This document shows, one piece after another, positions 1-8,101 of a stretch of 64,000 nt of DNA. The notes beneath the pieces were generated by a model, which did no database searches, was not told the origin of the DNA, and worked only from the letters and a program-made list of their open reading frames with translations. Both the position numbers and the translations under genes were made by a program. Source of the stretch: a virus (Duplodnaviria > Heunggongvirae > Uroviricota > Caudoviricetes); the IMG/VR virus record IMGVR_UViG_3300010396_000001, positions 4,320 through 68,319 of that record, one strand, 5' to 3'. Numbering within the stretch: position 1 is the first letter of the stretch; every line of letters starts with the position of its first letter.

Positions 1-37
1 TCATCCCGGCTGCCCGCTCAGGTCTACCTACGTCAAG

Positions 38-265
38 ATGATCTCCAGCGCGGAGTGCGAGGACTGCGAGGGGTTCGAGGAGAGCAGCCTCGGCAACTCG
101 GCCGAGCACCTGCGGATGCTCCGGCAGAAGGCCAGCGAGCACGCCGGGGTTGCCCACCACCGGGTGACCATGCACCTGGCCCAGGACGTGATCATCGAGC
201 CCATGCACCCGCAGACCAGGGAGAAAGCACTCAGGGGCCTCCCTGATGTCGGCGCCGGGGTTTAG
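38..265 (+). CDS. Small hypothetical protein (CxxC, His-rich)
   Basis: 75-aa ORF with CEDC motif and coding-like codon usage; its TAG overlaps the -10 element of the next gene. Confidence 0.55.
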   Translation: MISSAECEDCEGFEESSLGNSAEHLRMLRQKASEHAGVAHHRVTMHLAQDVIIEPMHPQTREKALRGLPDVGAGV

Positions 266-275
266 GCTGCCGCCC

Positions 276-1295
276 ATGACACAGATCCCCGCCCCGGCCA
301 ACCGGATCAACCACGTCGTCATCGTCGGCGACGAGTCGGGCTCGATGAGCCGTCACGCCCGCTCCTTCGTCCAGGTGTTCGATAACCTGGTCGCCGATCT
401 CGTCGATACCTCAAAGGACCTCGACCAGGAAACCCGGATCTCCTTCTACGCATTCGCCGATGCCAGCGATATCCGGTGCCTGATCTGGGACAAGGACGTC
501 CTGCGCGTTCCCAGCATCGGCGGCCTCTACCGGCCGCATGGCGTTACCGCGCTCATTGACGCCTCCTGCCTGGCTATTGACGATCTCAGCAGGACACCGG
601 TTATGTACGGGGACCATTCTTTCCTGTTCCTGTGCCTGACTGACGGCATCGAGAATGACTCGCGGCGCAATACCGCCCGCGATCTGGCTGACCGCATTTC
701 CGCGCGCCAGGACAACTGGACCTGGGGCATCTTCGTGCCCGACCGGGCGGGCATGAGCCGGGCGCGCCAGTACGGCTTCCCCGAGGACAATGTCTCGATC
801 TGGGACACCACCTCGACTGCCGGGTTCGCCTCGGCCGGCAACCTGATCCGCGAGAGCGCCCAGGTCTTCATGCAGGCCCGGTCCCGCGGCGAGCGCCGGG
901 TCAGCTCCCTGTTCCGGGTCAACGCCGTGAGCACCGAGCAGGCCCGGGCCTCGCTTATTCCGCTGGCCGACAACACCTACCGGCTGTACCCGGTCACCCA
1001 GGAAGCCGACATCGCCGATTTCGCCCAGGTGGCCACCGGCGTGCCCTACCGCAAGGGCAGCTGCTTCTACCAGCTGGAGCGGGCGGTGACCATCCAGGAC
1101 TACAAGGGCGTCATCGTCGAGGGCTCCGACGGGCGCCTGTACACCGGCGGCGCCAACGTCCGCCAGCTGCTCGGCCTGCCCGAGCAGGGCAGCGCCCGGG
1201 TGCGCCCGGCCGGCCACGGGTGCACCGTGTTCGTCCAGTCCACCAGCTACAACAGGAAGCTGCGTCCCGGCACGCGCCTGCTCGTCATGAGCTGA
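276..1295 (+). CDS. von Willebrand factor A (vWA) domain protein
   Basis: MIDAS elements GDESGSM, GVTAL, LTDG. Start placed at ATG 276, 7 nt after TAGGCT (leaderless); the ORF track starts at 246. Confidence 0.85.
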   Translation: MTQIPAPANRINHVVIVGDESGSMSRHARSFVQVFDNLVADLVDTSKDLDQETRISFYAFADASDIRCLIWDKDVLRVPSIGGLYRPHGVTALIDASCLAIDDLSRTPVMYGDHSFLFLCLTDGIENDSRRNTARDLADRISARQDNWTWGIFVPDRAGMSRARQYGFPEDNVSIWDTTSTAGFASAGNLIRESAQVFMQARSRGERRVSSLFRVNAVSTEQARASLIPLADNTYRLYPVTQEADIADFAQVATGVPYRKGSCFYQLERAVTIQDYKGVIVEGSDGRLYTGGANVRQLLGLPEQGSARVRPAGHGCTVFVQSTSYNRKLRPGTRLLVMS

Positions 1296-1306
1296 GCGGC
1301 CGGAAG

Positions 1307-1477
1307 GTGTGGATGAGGCAGGCTCGCCCCGAGGGGCTTCCCCGGTTGTGCCCCGAGTGCCCGCAGCCGGGCCCGCGGCTGGTCATCCTCGCCCGGTACT
1401 GCGGGGTCTGCAAGATCAGCCACCAGCAGTGGGGCTGCCCGGACTGCCGCGCCATGTGGTGGCCCCCGCTGGAGTAG
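1307..1477 (+). CDS. Small zinc-finger protein
   Basis: Three CxxC pairs (CPEC, CGVC, CPDC). Confidence 0.55.
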   Translation: MWMRQARPEGLPRLCPECPQPGPRLVILARYCGVCKISHQQWGCPDCRAMWWPPLE

Positions 1478-1593
1478 GCTGACGGCGCCAGCTGGCGGGA
1501 GAAGCAGATAAGTCGCATCGGCAAGCCGGGCTGGTTACCGTGCCGCCTCACGGGTTCCCGCCAGCTGGCCTGCTACGACTCAGGGAGCTGATC

Positions 1594-1761
1594 ATGGCAG
1601 CACAGCAGGGCTGGGAGCAGGCCGCCGCCCTGGAGGTCGAGGAAGACCCGCTCACGCTGGAGTGGAAGGCCGAGGCGCACCGCCGCACGGTCGAGGCCCA
1701 GCTGAGCGAGGCCGCCCGGCGGGCCGACCCGGCCCCGAGCCTGCCCGTGCGCCCCCGGTGA
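1594..1761 (+). CDS. Hypothetical protein
   Basis: GGGAG RBS; GTGA overlap with the next gene. Confidence 0.55.
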   Translation: MAAQQGWEQAAALEVEEDPLTLEWKAEAHRRTVEAQLSEAARRADPAPSLPVRPR

Positions 1762-2027
1762 GTCACCTCGACATGCAGGCCGCGGTGACTACCTGGGTAG
1801 CCGAGGCCGTGCAGGATCTCGCCTTTGACCTGGAGATCAGCTACTGGATCATGCTGAACGTCCACACGGCCTTCCCGGTGGCATCCGTCATGCTGACGGT
1901 GACCAGCAACGGGCGGTCGGCCTGGACGACTCCGATGGCCGCGGTAGGGCGCTGGCCCCCGGACCGCCTGAGCGTGCGCGAGGCAGTGGGCGACGGGGTA
2001 CGCCAGATCCGGTCGTACCTGGCATGA
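1758..2027 (+). CDS. Hypothetical protein
   Basis: 4-bp start/stop overlaps on both sides. Confidence 0.6.
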   Translation: MSHLDMQAAVTTWVAEAVQDLAFDLEISYWIMLNVHTAFPVASVMLTVTSNGRSAWTTPMAAVGRWPPDRLSVREAVGDGVRQIRSYLA

Positions 2028-2218
2028 GCGTCACCGGCGAGGAAGCCGTGATCACCATCACCATGAAGGGCCTGCGCAATGCTGACCAGGCTGTCGCCCA
2101 GGTAGCCACGTTCGTCCACCGCAGCCTCTACCAGGTCCACGGGACTCAGGAGTTCGAGGTCATCATCGAGGCACCTGACCAGGCATTCAGGAAGGTCATC
2201 TCCCATGAGCGAGGCTAG
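2024..2218 (+). CDS. Hypothetical protein
   Basis: ATGA coupling to the upstream gene. Confidence 0.6.
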   Translation: MSVTGEEAVITITMKGLRNADQAVAQVATFVHRSLYQVHGTQEFEVIIEAPDQAFRKVISHERG

Positions 2219-2441
2219 CGAGATCAACCACGGCAGCCACACCTACCGCCTGGCTACCGAGACGGTCCTGGGCCTTTACACCCAGCTGCGCCGCAATGGC
2301 GACGAGAAGACCGTGAAGATCGAGACGCGCCTGGTCCAGGAAGACGGCTCGGTCTTCGCGATGCGCCTGACGAGCATGCCAGGGGGCAGCGGGCCCGAGA
2401 TCCGGCTAACTCCCGTGACTTATCCCCGGGAATACGCCTAG
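2205..2441 (+). CDS. Hypothetical protein
   Basis: 78-aa ORF in the same operon. Confidence 0.55.
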   Translation: MSEASEINHGSHTYRLATETVLGLYTQLRRNGDEKTVKIETRLVQEDGSVFAMRLTSMPGGSGPEIRLTPVTYPREYA

Positions 2442-2548
2442 GATCACTTCCCGAAGGAGGTGGAGTAGGTCCTAGCACTGAGCGCGCCCTGGTCCCTTTC
2501 GCCGGGCGGCCAGGGCTCCTCAGCTCTCACGCTGCTAGGGTCCCCTGC

Positions 2549-2776
2549 ATGCACGCGCCCACCGACATCCTGATCCGGACCGCCAACCCGGATATTCTCC
2601 AGCAGACCCTCCAGCAGCTCCCTGGCGTAAGGGCCTCCCTGCTGGGCAGTCCCGGACGCTACGAGCGCGAGGACGGCTGCTGGCGCGCCCGCGTGTTCGC
2701 CGGGCTGCCCTTCCTGGAGTTCGCCTTCGAGCAGCAGGGCTACGGCGAGATCGTCCGCGAGGCGGCAATCCCGTGA
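2549..2776 (+). CDS. Hypothetical protein (leaderless)
   Basis: TAGGGT 7 nt before ATG; GTGA overlap with the nucleotidyltransferase gene. Confidence 0.65.
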   Translation: MHAPTDILIRTANPDILQQTLQQLPGVRASLLGSPGRYEREDGCWRARVFAGLPFLEFAFEQQGYGEIVREAAIP

Positions 2777-3570
2777 CCAGGGGAACCGCCGCCCGGTACG
2801 GCACTGAGGAGTTCCGCCAGATCGCCGAGCGCGCCACGATCCTGCGCTGCGAGGTCGGCTCGGGAGCCCACGGCATCGCCATCCCCGGCACTGACGACCG
2901 CGATGAGATGGGCCTGTGCATCGAGCCGCCCTCCCACGTCATCGGCCTGCGCGAGTTCGAGCAGTACATCCGGCGCACCGCCTGGGCCCGCGGCGGCGAG
3001 CACGAGCCCTCGCAGGCCGGGGACCTGGACCTGGTCGTCTACAGCCTGCGCAAGTGGATGCGGCTGGCCCTCAACGGCAATCCCTCGATCCTGCTGCTGC
3101 TGTTCGCCCCGGATTCTGCCTGCCAGGTCCTGGAGCCCGCCGCCGTCCGCCTGCGCGAGAACGCCGGGAAGATCATCTCTCAGCAGTCCGGCTTCAGGTT
3201 CCTGGGCTACCTGCACTCCCAGCGCGAGAAGCTGCTCGGCATACGATCGCCCGAGGTGCACCGGCTGGACCTGGTCCAGAAGTACGGCTATGACACCAAG
3301 TTCGCCGCGCACGCGGTGCGCCTGGGCATGCAGGGCATCCAGCTCATGCAGACCGGGCGCCTGCAGCTGCCGATGAGCGAGTGGGACGCCGAGTTCGTGC
3401 GCACCATCAAGACCGGCCGCTACCGGCGCGTCGAGGACGTACTGGACGAGATCTCCCGCCTGGCCCGCGAGCTGGAGGAGGCAATCCAGGTCTCGGAGCT
3501 GCAGGCTGCCCCGGACCGCGAGTGGGCCGATGAGTACCTGGTCAGCGTTTACCGGGAGCTGTGGGGGTAA
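2773..3570 (+). CDS. RlaP/Nuc-transf-like DNA polymerase beta superfamily nucleotidyltransferase
   Basis: VGSGAHG...TDDRD (GS plus DxD), YSLRKWMRLALNGNPSILLLLF and KFAAHAVRL motifs. Confidence 0.85.
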   Translation: MTRGTAARYGTEEFRQIAERATILRCEVGSGAHGIAIPGTDDRDEMGLCIEPPSHVIGLREFEQYIRRTAWARGGEHEPSQAGDLDLVVYSLRKWMRLALNGNPSILLLLFAPDSACQVLEPAAVRLRENAGKIISQQSGFRFLGYLHSQREKLLGIRSPEVHRLDLVQKYGYDTKFAAHAVRLGMQGIQLMQTGRLQLPMSEWDAEFVRTIKTGRYRRVEDVLDEISRLARELEEAIQVSELQAAPDREWADEYLVSVYRELWG

Positions 3571-3580
3571 ATAGCCTTCC

Positions 3581-3655
3581 ATGTACATCGGCGGCGGCGT
3601 TCTTCTCCTGATTCTCATCATCGTGGTGATCCTCATCCTGCTGCGCCGGGCCTGA
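3581..3655 (+). CDS. 24-aa single-pass membrane microprotein (MYIGGGVLLLILIIVVILILLRRA)
   Basis: Translated by hand; hydrophobic helix followed by a basic tail; below the ORF-track cut-off. Confidence 0.65.
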   Translation: MYIGGGVLLLILIIVVILILLRRA

Positions 3656-3669
3656 CCCCGGAGGTCCTC

Positions 3670-3885
3670 ATGACTGCCCCACAGCCCGCTCCGGCGCCCC
3701 GCGCCAGCTACCCGCTCTTCCGCTGGGCGCCCGGCACCTCGCCGGCCTCGCGCGTCCTGCTGGTCCTGGCCTTCGCCTTCGCCATCGCGGCGACCCTGGT
3801 GGCTGCCGGGGTGATCACCTTCTCCGGCGGCAACTGGCTGATCCCGGCATCCCTGGCATCGTTCTTCCTCGCCTGGATTGTCTGA
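3670..3885 (+). CDS. Small membrane protein (2 TM)
   Basis: GGAGG RBS; two hydrophobic segments. Confidence 0.65.
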   Translation: MTAPQPAPAPRASYPLFRWAPGTSPASRVLLVLAFAFAIAATLVAAGVITFSGGNWLIPASLASFFLAWIV

Positions 3886-3903
3886 GGCGCTAGGCTGCCG
3901 CGC

Positions 3904-4380
3904 ATGGACAAGAATGAAGCGCGGCAGGTCATCCTCAGCTCCCTCCGCCTGGCCCGCGAGCGCGTTACCGGCGACACCCTGCAGGTCAAGGCACGGCGCC
4001 TGGCTGAGCTGAACGAGGCCATCGGCGAGATCGCCGCCTGCCGGGTCCCGGCATCCTCTCCCCTGTCGGCAGCCAGGGTGCGCGAGCTGCTCGGCGACCC
4101 TGAAGGCCATCACATCAGCGAGGCCGTGGACGCCTGGGCTGCCGTGTTCAGCATCGCCGGGCCCGAGAGCGAGGGCCCGGCGACTGCGGGCGTGCGCTTC
4201 CGCGAGGCCGACGCTGAGTCTCCCGAGCTGACCGCCGAGTTCGGCCTGGTGCAGGGAATCCTGCGCCAGCACGACCGCACCGCGAAGGATGACAGCGCCA
4301 CCCTGCGCGGCACCAGCGCCTCCATGACGTACCTCTCGCCGGTGGGCCGCTTCCGGCTTACCCTGGAGCAGCTTGACTAG
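3904..4380 (+). CDS. Hypothetical protein (leaderless)
   Basis: TAGGCT 7 nt before ATG; 158 aa. Confidence 0.65.
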   Translation: MDKNEARQVILSSLRLARERVTGDTLQVKARRLAELNEAIGEIAACRVPASSPLSAARVRELLGDPEGHHISEAVDAWAAVFSIAGPESEGPATAGVRFREADAESPELTAEFGLVQGILRQHDRTAKDDSATLRGTSASMTYLSPVGRFRLTLEQLD

Positions 4381-4381
4381 C

Positions 4382-4410
4382 TTGCTGAATGTAATAAACC
4401 TTGCTAGCCT
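4382..4410 (+). promoter_or_regulatory. SigA-like promoter with an operator in the spacer
   Basis: TTGCTG-17-TAGCCT; the spacer carries TAA-N6-TTG. Confidence 0.65.
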
Positions 4411-4447
4411 TCTGTCAGTTTCCTGACCGCCCAGAGCAAGGAGCACC

Positions 4448-4849
4448 ATGAGCAAGCACCTCGCCCAGCTCGGCCTCGCCGCCGTTCTCGCCGCCACCCT
4501 GAGCTTCGCGGCGGCATGCGGCGGGCATGGCCACGCTGCTTCGAGCGCCTCGGCCGAGGCCTCGGCCCTGGCGCACAACCCGAAGATCGTGGCTGCCGAG
4601 AACCACTGGAAGCCTGTTGTCCGGGCCTGCGATGCCGGCCAGCACTGGCTCACCCATCCCCTGCGCTCTGCCGAGAACCTGGTGAACTGCTCGACCAGGG
4701 GACTGACCGCGCGCCAGAAGAAAGCTGCGGAGCAGTGCGCCAGCACCGGCATCTTCCGCAACGGCCTGCATCAGTCCGCGATACCCAGGGATGAGACGAC
4801 TCTTGCCCTGTGCCTGGCCAGGGTCGCCCCGCCGAAGGCGAAGAGATGA
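4448..4849 (+). CDS. Putative lipoprotein
   Basis: Signal peptide ending in lipobox-like FAAAC; AGGAG RBS; paired Cys residues. Confidence 0.7.
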   Translation: MSKHLAQLGLAAVLAATLSFAAACGGHGHAASSASAEASALAHNPKIVAAENHWKPVVRACDAGQHWLTHPLRSAENLVNCSTRGLTARQKKAAEQCASTGIFRNGLHQSAIPRDETTLALCLARVAPPKAKR

Positions 4850-5769
4850 CCACGCAGGCAGCCAGGCCGGGATCCGCTCGCCCTGGCCTGCTGCGCCATC
4901 CAGTTGAGCACATGCGGGCGAAGCTGCCGCCGCCGATCATCATGCCGAGCGGTCATGCCGCCCGGTACCGGCTGCTTCAGACGATCACGTGGATCGGCAT
5001 CGCCGGTGCCTGCGCCGCTGCCCTGGTGGCCGGAGCCTACTTCAACGGCCTGGAGGTCAACTGGCACGTCTTCTGGCTGAAGAGCTGGTGGGACGGCGGC
5101 ATGGGCCACCTGATCACCTCGCCTAGCTGGCCGCTGTACCGGCACGGTTACCGTGACCAGGGCGAGCCCGAGGTGGCGTTCCTGATCGTCGGGATGATCT
5201 TCGCCAAGCGCAAGTCCTGGAGCCGCCGGGCCCCGCTCTGGTACATGATCATCGCCCCGGTACTGCTGCTCGCGCTATCCGCGGCCGGCATCACCGGCGT
5301 GATCTGGCTGCTGAACTTCGGCATCCCGCACCTGCTGCACGAGCAGGCGCTGAGCCACTGGTACCTGTTTGCCGGGACCCTGGCCGGCGGCTTCCTGCTC
5401 GGGCACATCGTCAAGCCGGTCTGGAGGCCAGCCGGGGCGACGATCAACGGATGGTTCGTTGACTGGTCGGTGGACCGGTACCTGGTCCGGCGCCAGCACG
5501 GCAACGGCCGCATCGTCGCTGCCCCGCGCTGGGTCCGGCACTGGTACACCGCCCCGCTGTCCCTGCGCGAGCGGTGGATGTGGCAGGTCAGGAACAACGA
5601 GGTCATCACCCGGCACCGGAACCTGCCCCGGTGGGCAGCCTGGGCGCTGGCTGCCATCGGCGCCCTGTTCCTGCTGCTGGTCGCCTACCTGACCGTGACC
5701 GGTTTCATCGCCCACTTCTGGATCGGGAGCGGTCACTCGGTCCCGTTCCTTGCCCCTGCGGGCAGCTGA
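4846..5769 (+). CDS. Multi-pass membrane protein
   Basis: About 5 hydrophobic segments; ATGA coupling. Confidence 0.7.
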   Translation: MTTQAARPGSARPGLLRHPVEHMRAKLPPPIIMPSGHAARYRLLQTITWIGIAGACAAALVAGAYFNGLEVNWHVFWLKSWWDGGMGHLITSPSWPLYRHGYRDQGEPEVAFLIVGMIFAKRKSWSRRAPLWYMIIAPVLLLALSAAGITGVIWLLNFGIPHLLHEQALSHWYLFAGTLAGGFLLGHIVKPVWRPAGATINGWFVDWSVDRYLVRRQHGNGRIVAAPRWVRHWYTAPLSLRERWMWQVRNNEVITRHRNLPRWAAWALAAIGALFLLLVAYLTVTGFIAHFWIGSGHSVPFLAPAGS

Positions 5770-5810
5770 CTCCGCCCGTGCCCGTGCCGGGGCGCTGGCA
5801 CGGGCGGTCC

Positions 5811-5842
5811 GGCCCCCTCCCGGGTGTCCCACGGGAGGGGGC
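5811..5842 (+). terminator. Terminator-like hairpin
   Basis: 12-bp stem GGCCCCCTCCCG/CGGGAGGGGGCC after the stop at 5769. Confidence 0.5.
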
Positions 5843-5849
5843 CTCCTGC

Positions 5850-5878
5850 TTGCAAGATACAATAATCATTGATAGCGT
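5850..5878 (+). promoter_or_regulatory. SigA-like promoter with an operator in the spacer
   Basis: TTGCAA-17-TAGCGT; CAA-N6-TTG at 5860-5871. Confidence 0.7.
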
Positions 5879-5913
5879 GATGTCGATCCCTTCACCCGAG
5901 CACAGGAGACAGC

Positions 5914-6651
5914 ATGACTACCGAGCGTCAGGAGACCGGCGGCCCGGGCCGCACCCCGCGCAGCGAGATCGGCCCGGCCGTCTCAGCAAACCGCAAGAAG
6001 GAGCCGGTGCTCCTGCTCGACCTGTCCACGTCCATGGACTGGTCGGCCACCGACGAGGGCAACGGCAAGGACTGGCCGGACGAGGGCAGCCGACGCGCCA
6101 TCGTGATCGGGGCCCTGCCCCTGCTGGTCAAGGCCCTGGAGGATCAGGACTCCGAGGCCGCTGCCGAGCAGGCGGGCGGTGATGACGAGGAGGGCGGCCT
6201 GCTGACCTTCGGCTTCGCCAACGACCCCGTCGAGATCGGGGACCTCAACTCCTCGAACCTGTCCCGGCGCCTCAACGAGATCCAGTGGGGCGGGCGCACC
6301 TACATCATGCCGGCCTGGAAGCTGGCCCTCAAGGACTACGACGAGGAGTTCGGCGACCGCGACCCGGCCGACCAGCCCACCCACCTGGTGCTGGTCATCA
6401 CCGACGGCCAGGCCGACGACTTCCGCGAGTTCGACAAGGTGATCGAGTCTGCCAGCGCCAAGCGCGTCATCGTCGTCGCGATCGTCGGCCACGGCGCCAA
6501 GGCCCGCGCCACCTTCGACGAGTACACCGCCGCCGCCAAGCGCAACACCGCGGCCGACAGGTTCGGCAAGACCCACGTGCGCGTCGTGTCGTTCGACGGC
6601 GTGACCGACCCCGCCGAGATCGGCGAGGACCTGGCCACCCTGGCCAGCTAG
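5914..6651 (+). CDS. vWA domain protein (TerF-associated vWA-like)
   Basis: MIDAS DLSTS, GGRT, ITDG. Confidence 0.8.
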   Translation: MTTERQETGGPGRTPRSEIGPAVSANRKKEPVLLLDLSTSMDWSATDEGNGKDWPDEGSRRAIVIGALPLLVKALEDQDSEAAAEQAGGDDEEGGLLTFGFANDPVEIGDLNSSNLSRRLNEIQWGGRTYIMPAWKLALKDYDEEFGDRDPADQPTHLVLVITDGQADDFREFDKVIESASAKRVIVVAIVGHGAKARATFDEYTAAAKRNTAADRFGKTHVRVVSFDGVTDPAEIGEDLATLAS

Positions 6652-6715
6652 CCCGGCCCGCGCCCAGGCCAGGGAGAAGTCGCCTGGCATCTTCGCAACT
6701 GGGCACGGTACGGAG

Positions 6716-6749
6716 GAGAGGCCCCGGAGCTGATGCCCCGGGGCCTCTT
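6716..6749. terminator. Hairpin between convergent genes
   Basis: AGAGGCCCCGG/CCGGGGCCTCT 11-bp stem. Confidence 0.55.
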
Positions 6750-6755
6750 CCTGTC

Positions 6756-7094
6756 TCAGGACGGCTGGCCGACGCGCTCGCGCTGAGCCTCGGGCAGCGC
6801 ATCGCGGGCCGCCTTGAACTCTTCCGCGCTCAGCCCGCGGCCCAGCTCGTTGATCAGGCGCAGCTGGAAGCGCTGCGTGGTCACCCTCCGGTTCAGGATG
6901 TCCAGGGCCGCCCGCTGGCGCGCGGTCTTGCCGACCAGGCGGGCCGCGCCCCACCGGGCGTGATCGCCGCCCGCGATGATCTCGCGCAGCGCCGCGATCT
7001 CGTCACGGGCCTCGGCCAGCTCGCGCCGGGCGTTCCTCAGGCTGGACTGCAGGTCGGCCTGGGCGGTCCGCTTCTCCTCAGCTGTCATGGTCAT
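6756..7094 (-). CDS. Hypothetical coiled-coil protein
   Basis: 112 aa, heptad-like N-terminal half; overlaps the end of the PTH2-like gene. Confidence 0.65.
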   Translation of the reverse strand: MTMTAEEKRTAQADLQSSLRNARRELAEARDEIAALREIIAGGDHARWGAARLVGKTARQRAALDILNRRVTTQRFQLRLINELGRGLSAEEFKAARDALPEAQRERVGQPS

Positions 7095-7401
7095 GGCGTG
7101 CTCCTTCCGCTAGGGCGAGGGGGTACTTCGAGCACAGGCGGGCGGCCTGCGGCTCCAGGGCGACCGCAGTCAGCGCATCGCCGAGATCAGGCTCGTGAAA
7201 GGGGACCGCGATGAGCTGGCGGCGGCAGGCGTCCTCCAGCAGCCAGCACAGGGCCAGCTCATCAGGGACAGCCAGGAGCACGAGGGTATTCGAGGAAGCG
7301 TGCCAGGCGGAGGTCAGCTCGGGATGAGCGACGGCCAGGTCCAGCGCGGCATGAGCGGCCTGGACAGCCTGGACGGCGAGCGGCAGGTCAGCCCGGGTCA
7401 C
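7078..7401 (-). CDS. Peptidyl-tRNA hydrolase, PTH2-like
   Basis: RADL...QAVQAAHAA, NTLVLLAV, FHEPDLGDALTAVAL pattern of the PTH2 fold. Confidence 0.75.
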   Translation of the reverse strand: MTRADLPLAVQAVQAAHAALDLAVAHPELTSAWHASSNTLVLLAVPDELALCWLLEDACRRQLIAVPFHEPDLGDALTAVALEPQAARLCSKYPLALAEGARHDHDS

Positions 7402-7440
7402 GAGATAGAGCCGTGAGCCCTAGTAATGCGTCATGGCGGC

Positions 7441-7470
7441 AAGCTAGCCCGGCTGCCCGCGGCATGTCAA
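7441..7470 (-). promoter_or_regulatory. SigA-like promoter for the PTH2-like gene
   Basis: TTGACA-18-TAGCTT on the minus strand, just past the tRNA 3' end. Confidence 0.6.
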
Positions 7471-7476
7471 GCTGAG

Positions 7477-7549
7477 CGCCCCCGGCCGGAATCGAACCGG
7501 CGACCTGCAGATTTAGAGTCCGCTGCTCTGCCACCTGAGCTACGGGGGC
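7477..7549 (-). tRNA. tRNA with CUA anticodon (amber suppressor-type)
   Basis: 73-nt cloverleaf: GCCCCCG/CGGGGGC acceptor, GCTC-AGGTGGCA-GAGC D arm, GCGGA-CTCTAAA-TCTGC anticodon arm, AGGTC variable loop, GCCGG-TTCGATT-CCGGC T arm, G73, no encoded CCA. Confidence 0.92.
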
Positions 7550-7554
7550 GCGAT

Positions 7555-7702
7555 GCAGGACGAGCGCCCACGCCACGGCGGGAAGATCCCTCATCTGCCG
7601 CCCGGGGTCGGACCCCCGGCGGAAGATATCTCCGCGCCTCCACTTGCGGTAGTTACAGCTACCGCTACGAGCCGGGGAGCGGCTCGCGGACGCCCGTCCT
7701 GC
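7555..7702 (-). ncRNA. Candidate structured ncRNA (15-bp closing stem plus five hairpins)
   Basis: The closing stem has G-U pairs only on the minus strand; extended -10 TGcTAGCAT places +1 at about 7703-7705. Confidence 0.65.
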
Positions 7703-7791
7703 TGTTCAGCATGCTAGCACGCTGATAAGGTAGATTGCAGCTAGACGGCAGATGCTCTCGGGGGAAGCGCTATCGCGAGAGGGGATCACTC

Positions 7792-8100
7792 ATGCAGACT
7801 GACTTTGACCAGGACTTCCGTCGGCTGGCCGCTCGCGGGAGCTTCGTCATCCGGCCGCTCACCCAGTACGCCTCCGTCCGTGACGAGCTGCCCTACCCGC
7901 AGGAGGAGAGGTTCCGGCGCGTCGTGGCCCTGGACTGGTGGCCGCTCGGTCACCGCTGCGACCCGATGACGCGCCAGCGCTTCATCAGCGCATCTGTCGC
8001 CGCGGTCCTGGTGCTGGCCCTGGAGAGCACCGCTCCCCCGCGCGTGCCGCTGGGTCAGCCTGCCCCGCAGCTGCGGCAACGCCGGGATATCATCGGCTGA
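7792..8100 (+). CDS. Hypothetical protein
   Basis: GAGGGG RBS before ATG 7792. Confidence 0.5.
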   Translation: MQTDFDQDFRRLAARGSFVIRPLTQYASVRDELPYPQEERFRRVVALDWWPLGHRCDPMTRQRFISASVAAVLVLALESTAPPRVPLGQPAPQLRQRRDIIG

Positions 8101-8101
8101 C

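Noticed and set aside
7477-7549. tRNA-Pyl
   Set aside because: It has a standard 8-nt D loop with GG, a 5-bp anticodon stem, a 5-nt variable loop and a TTC T loop; no pyl genes were seen.
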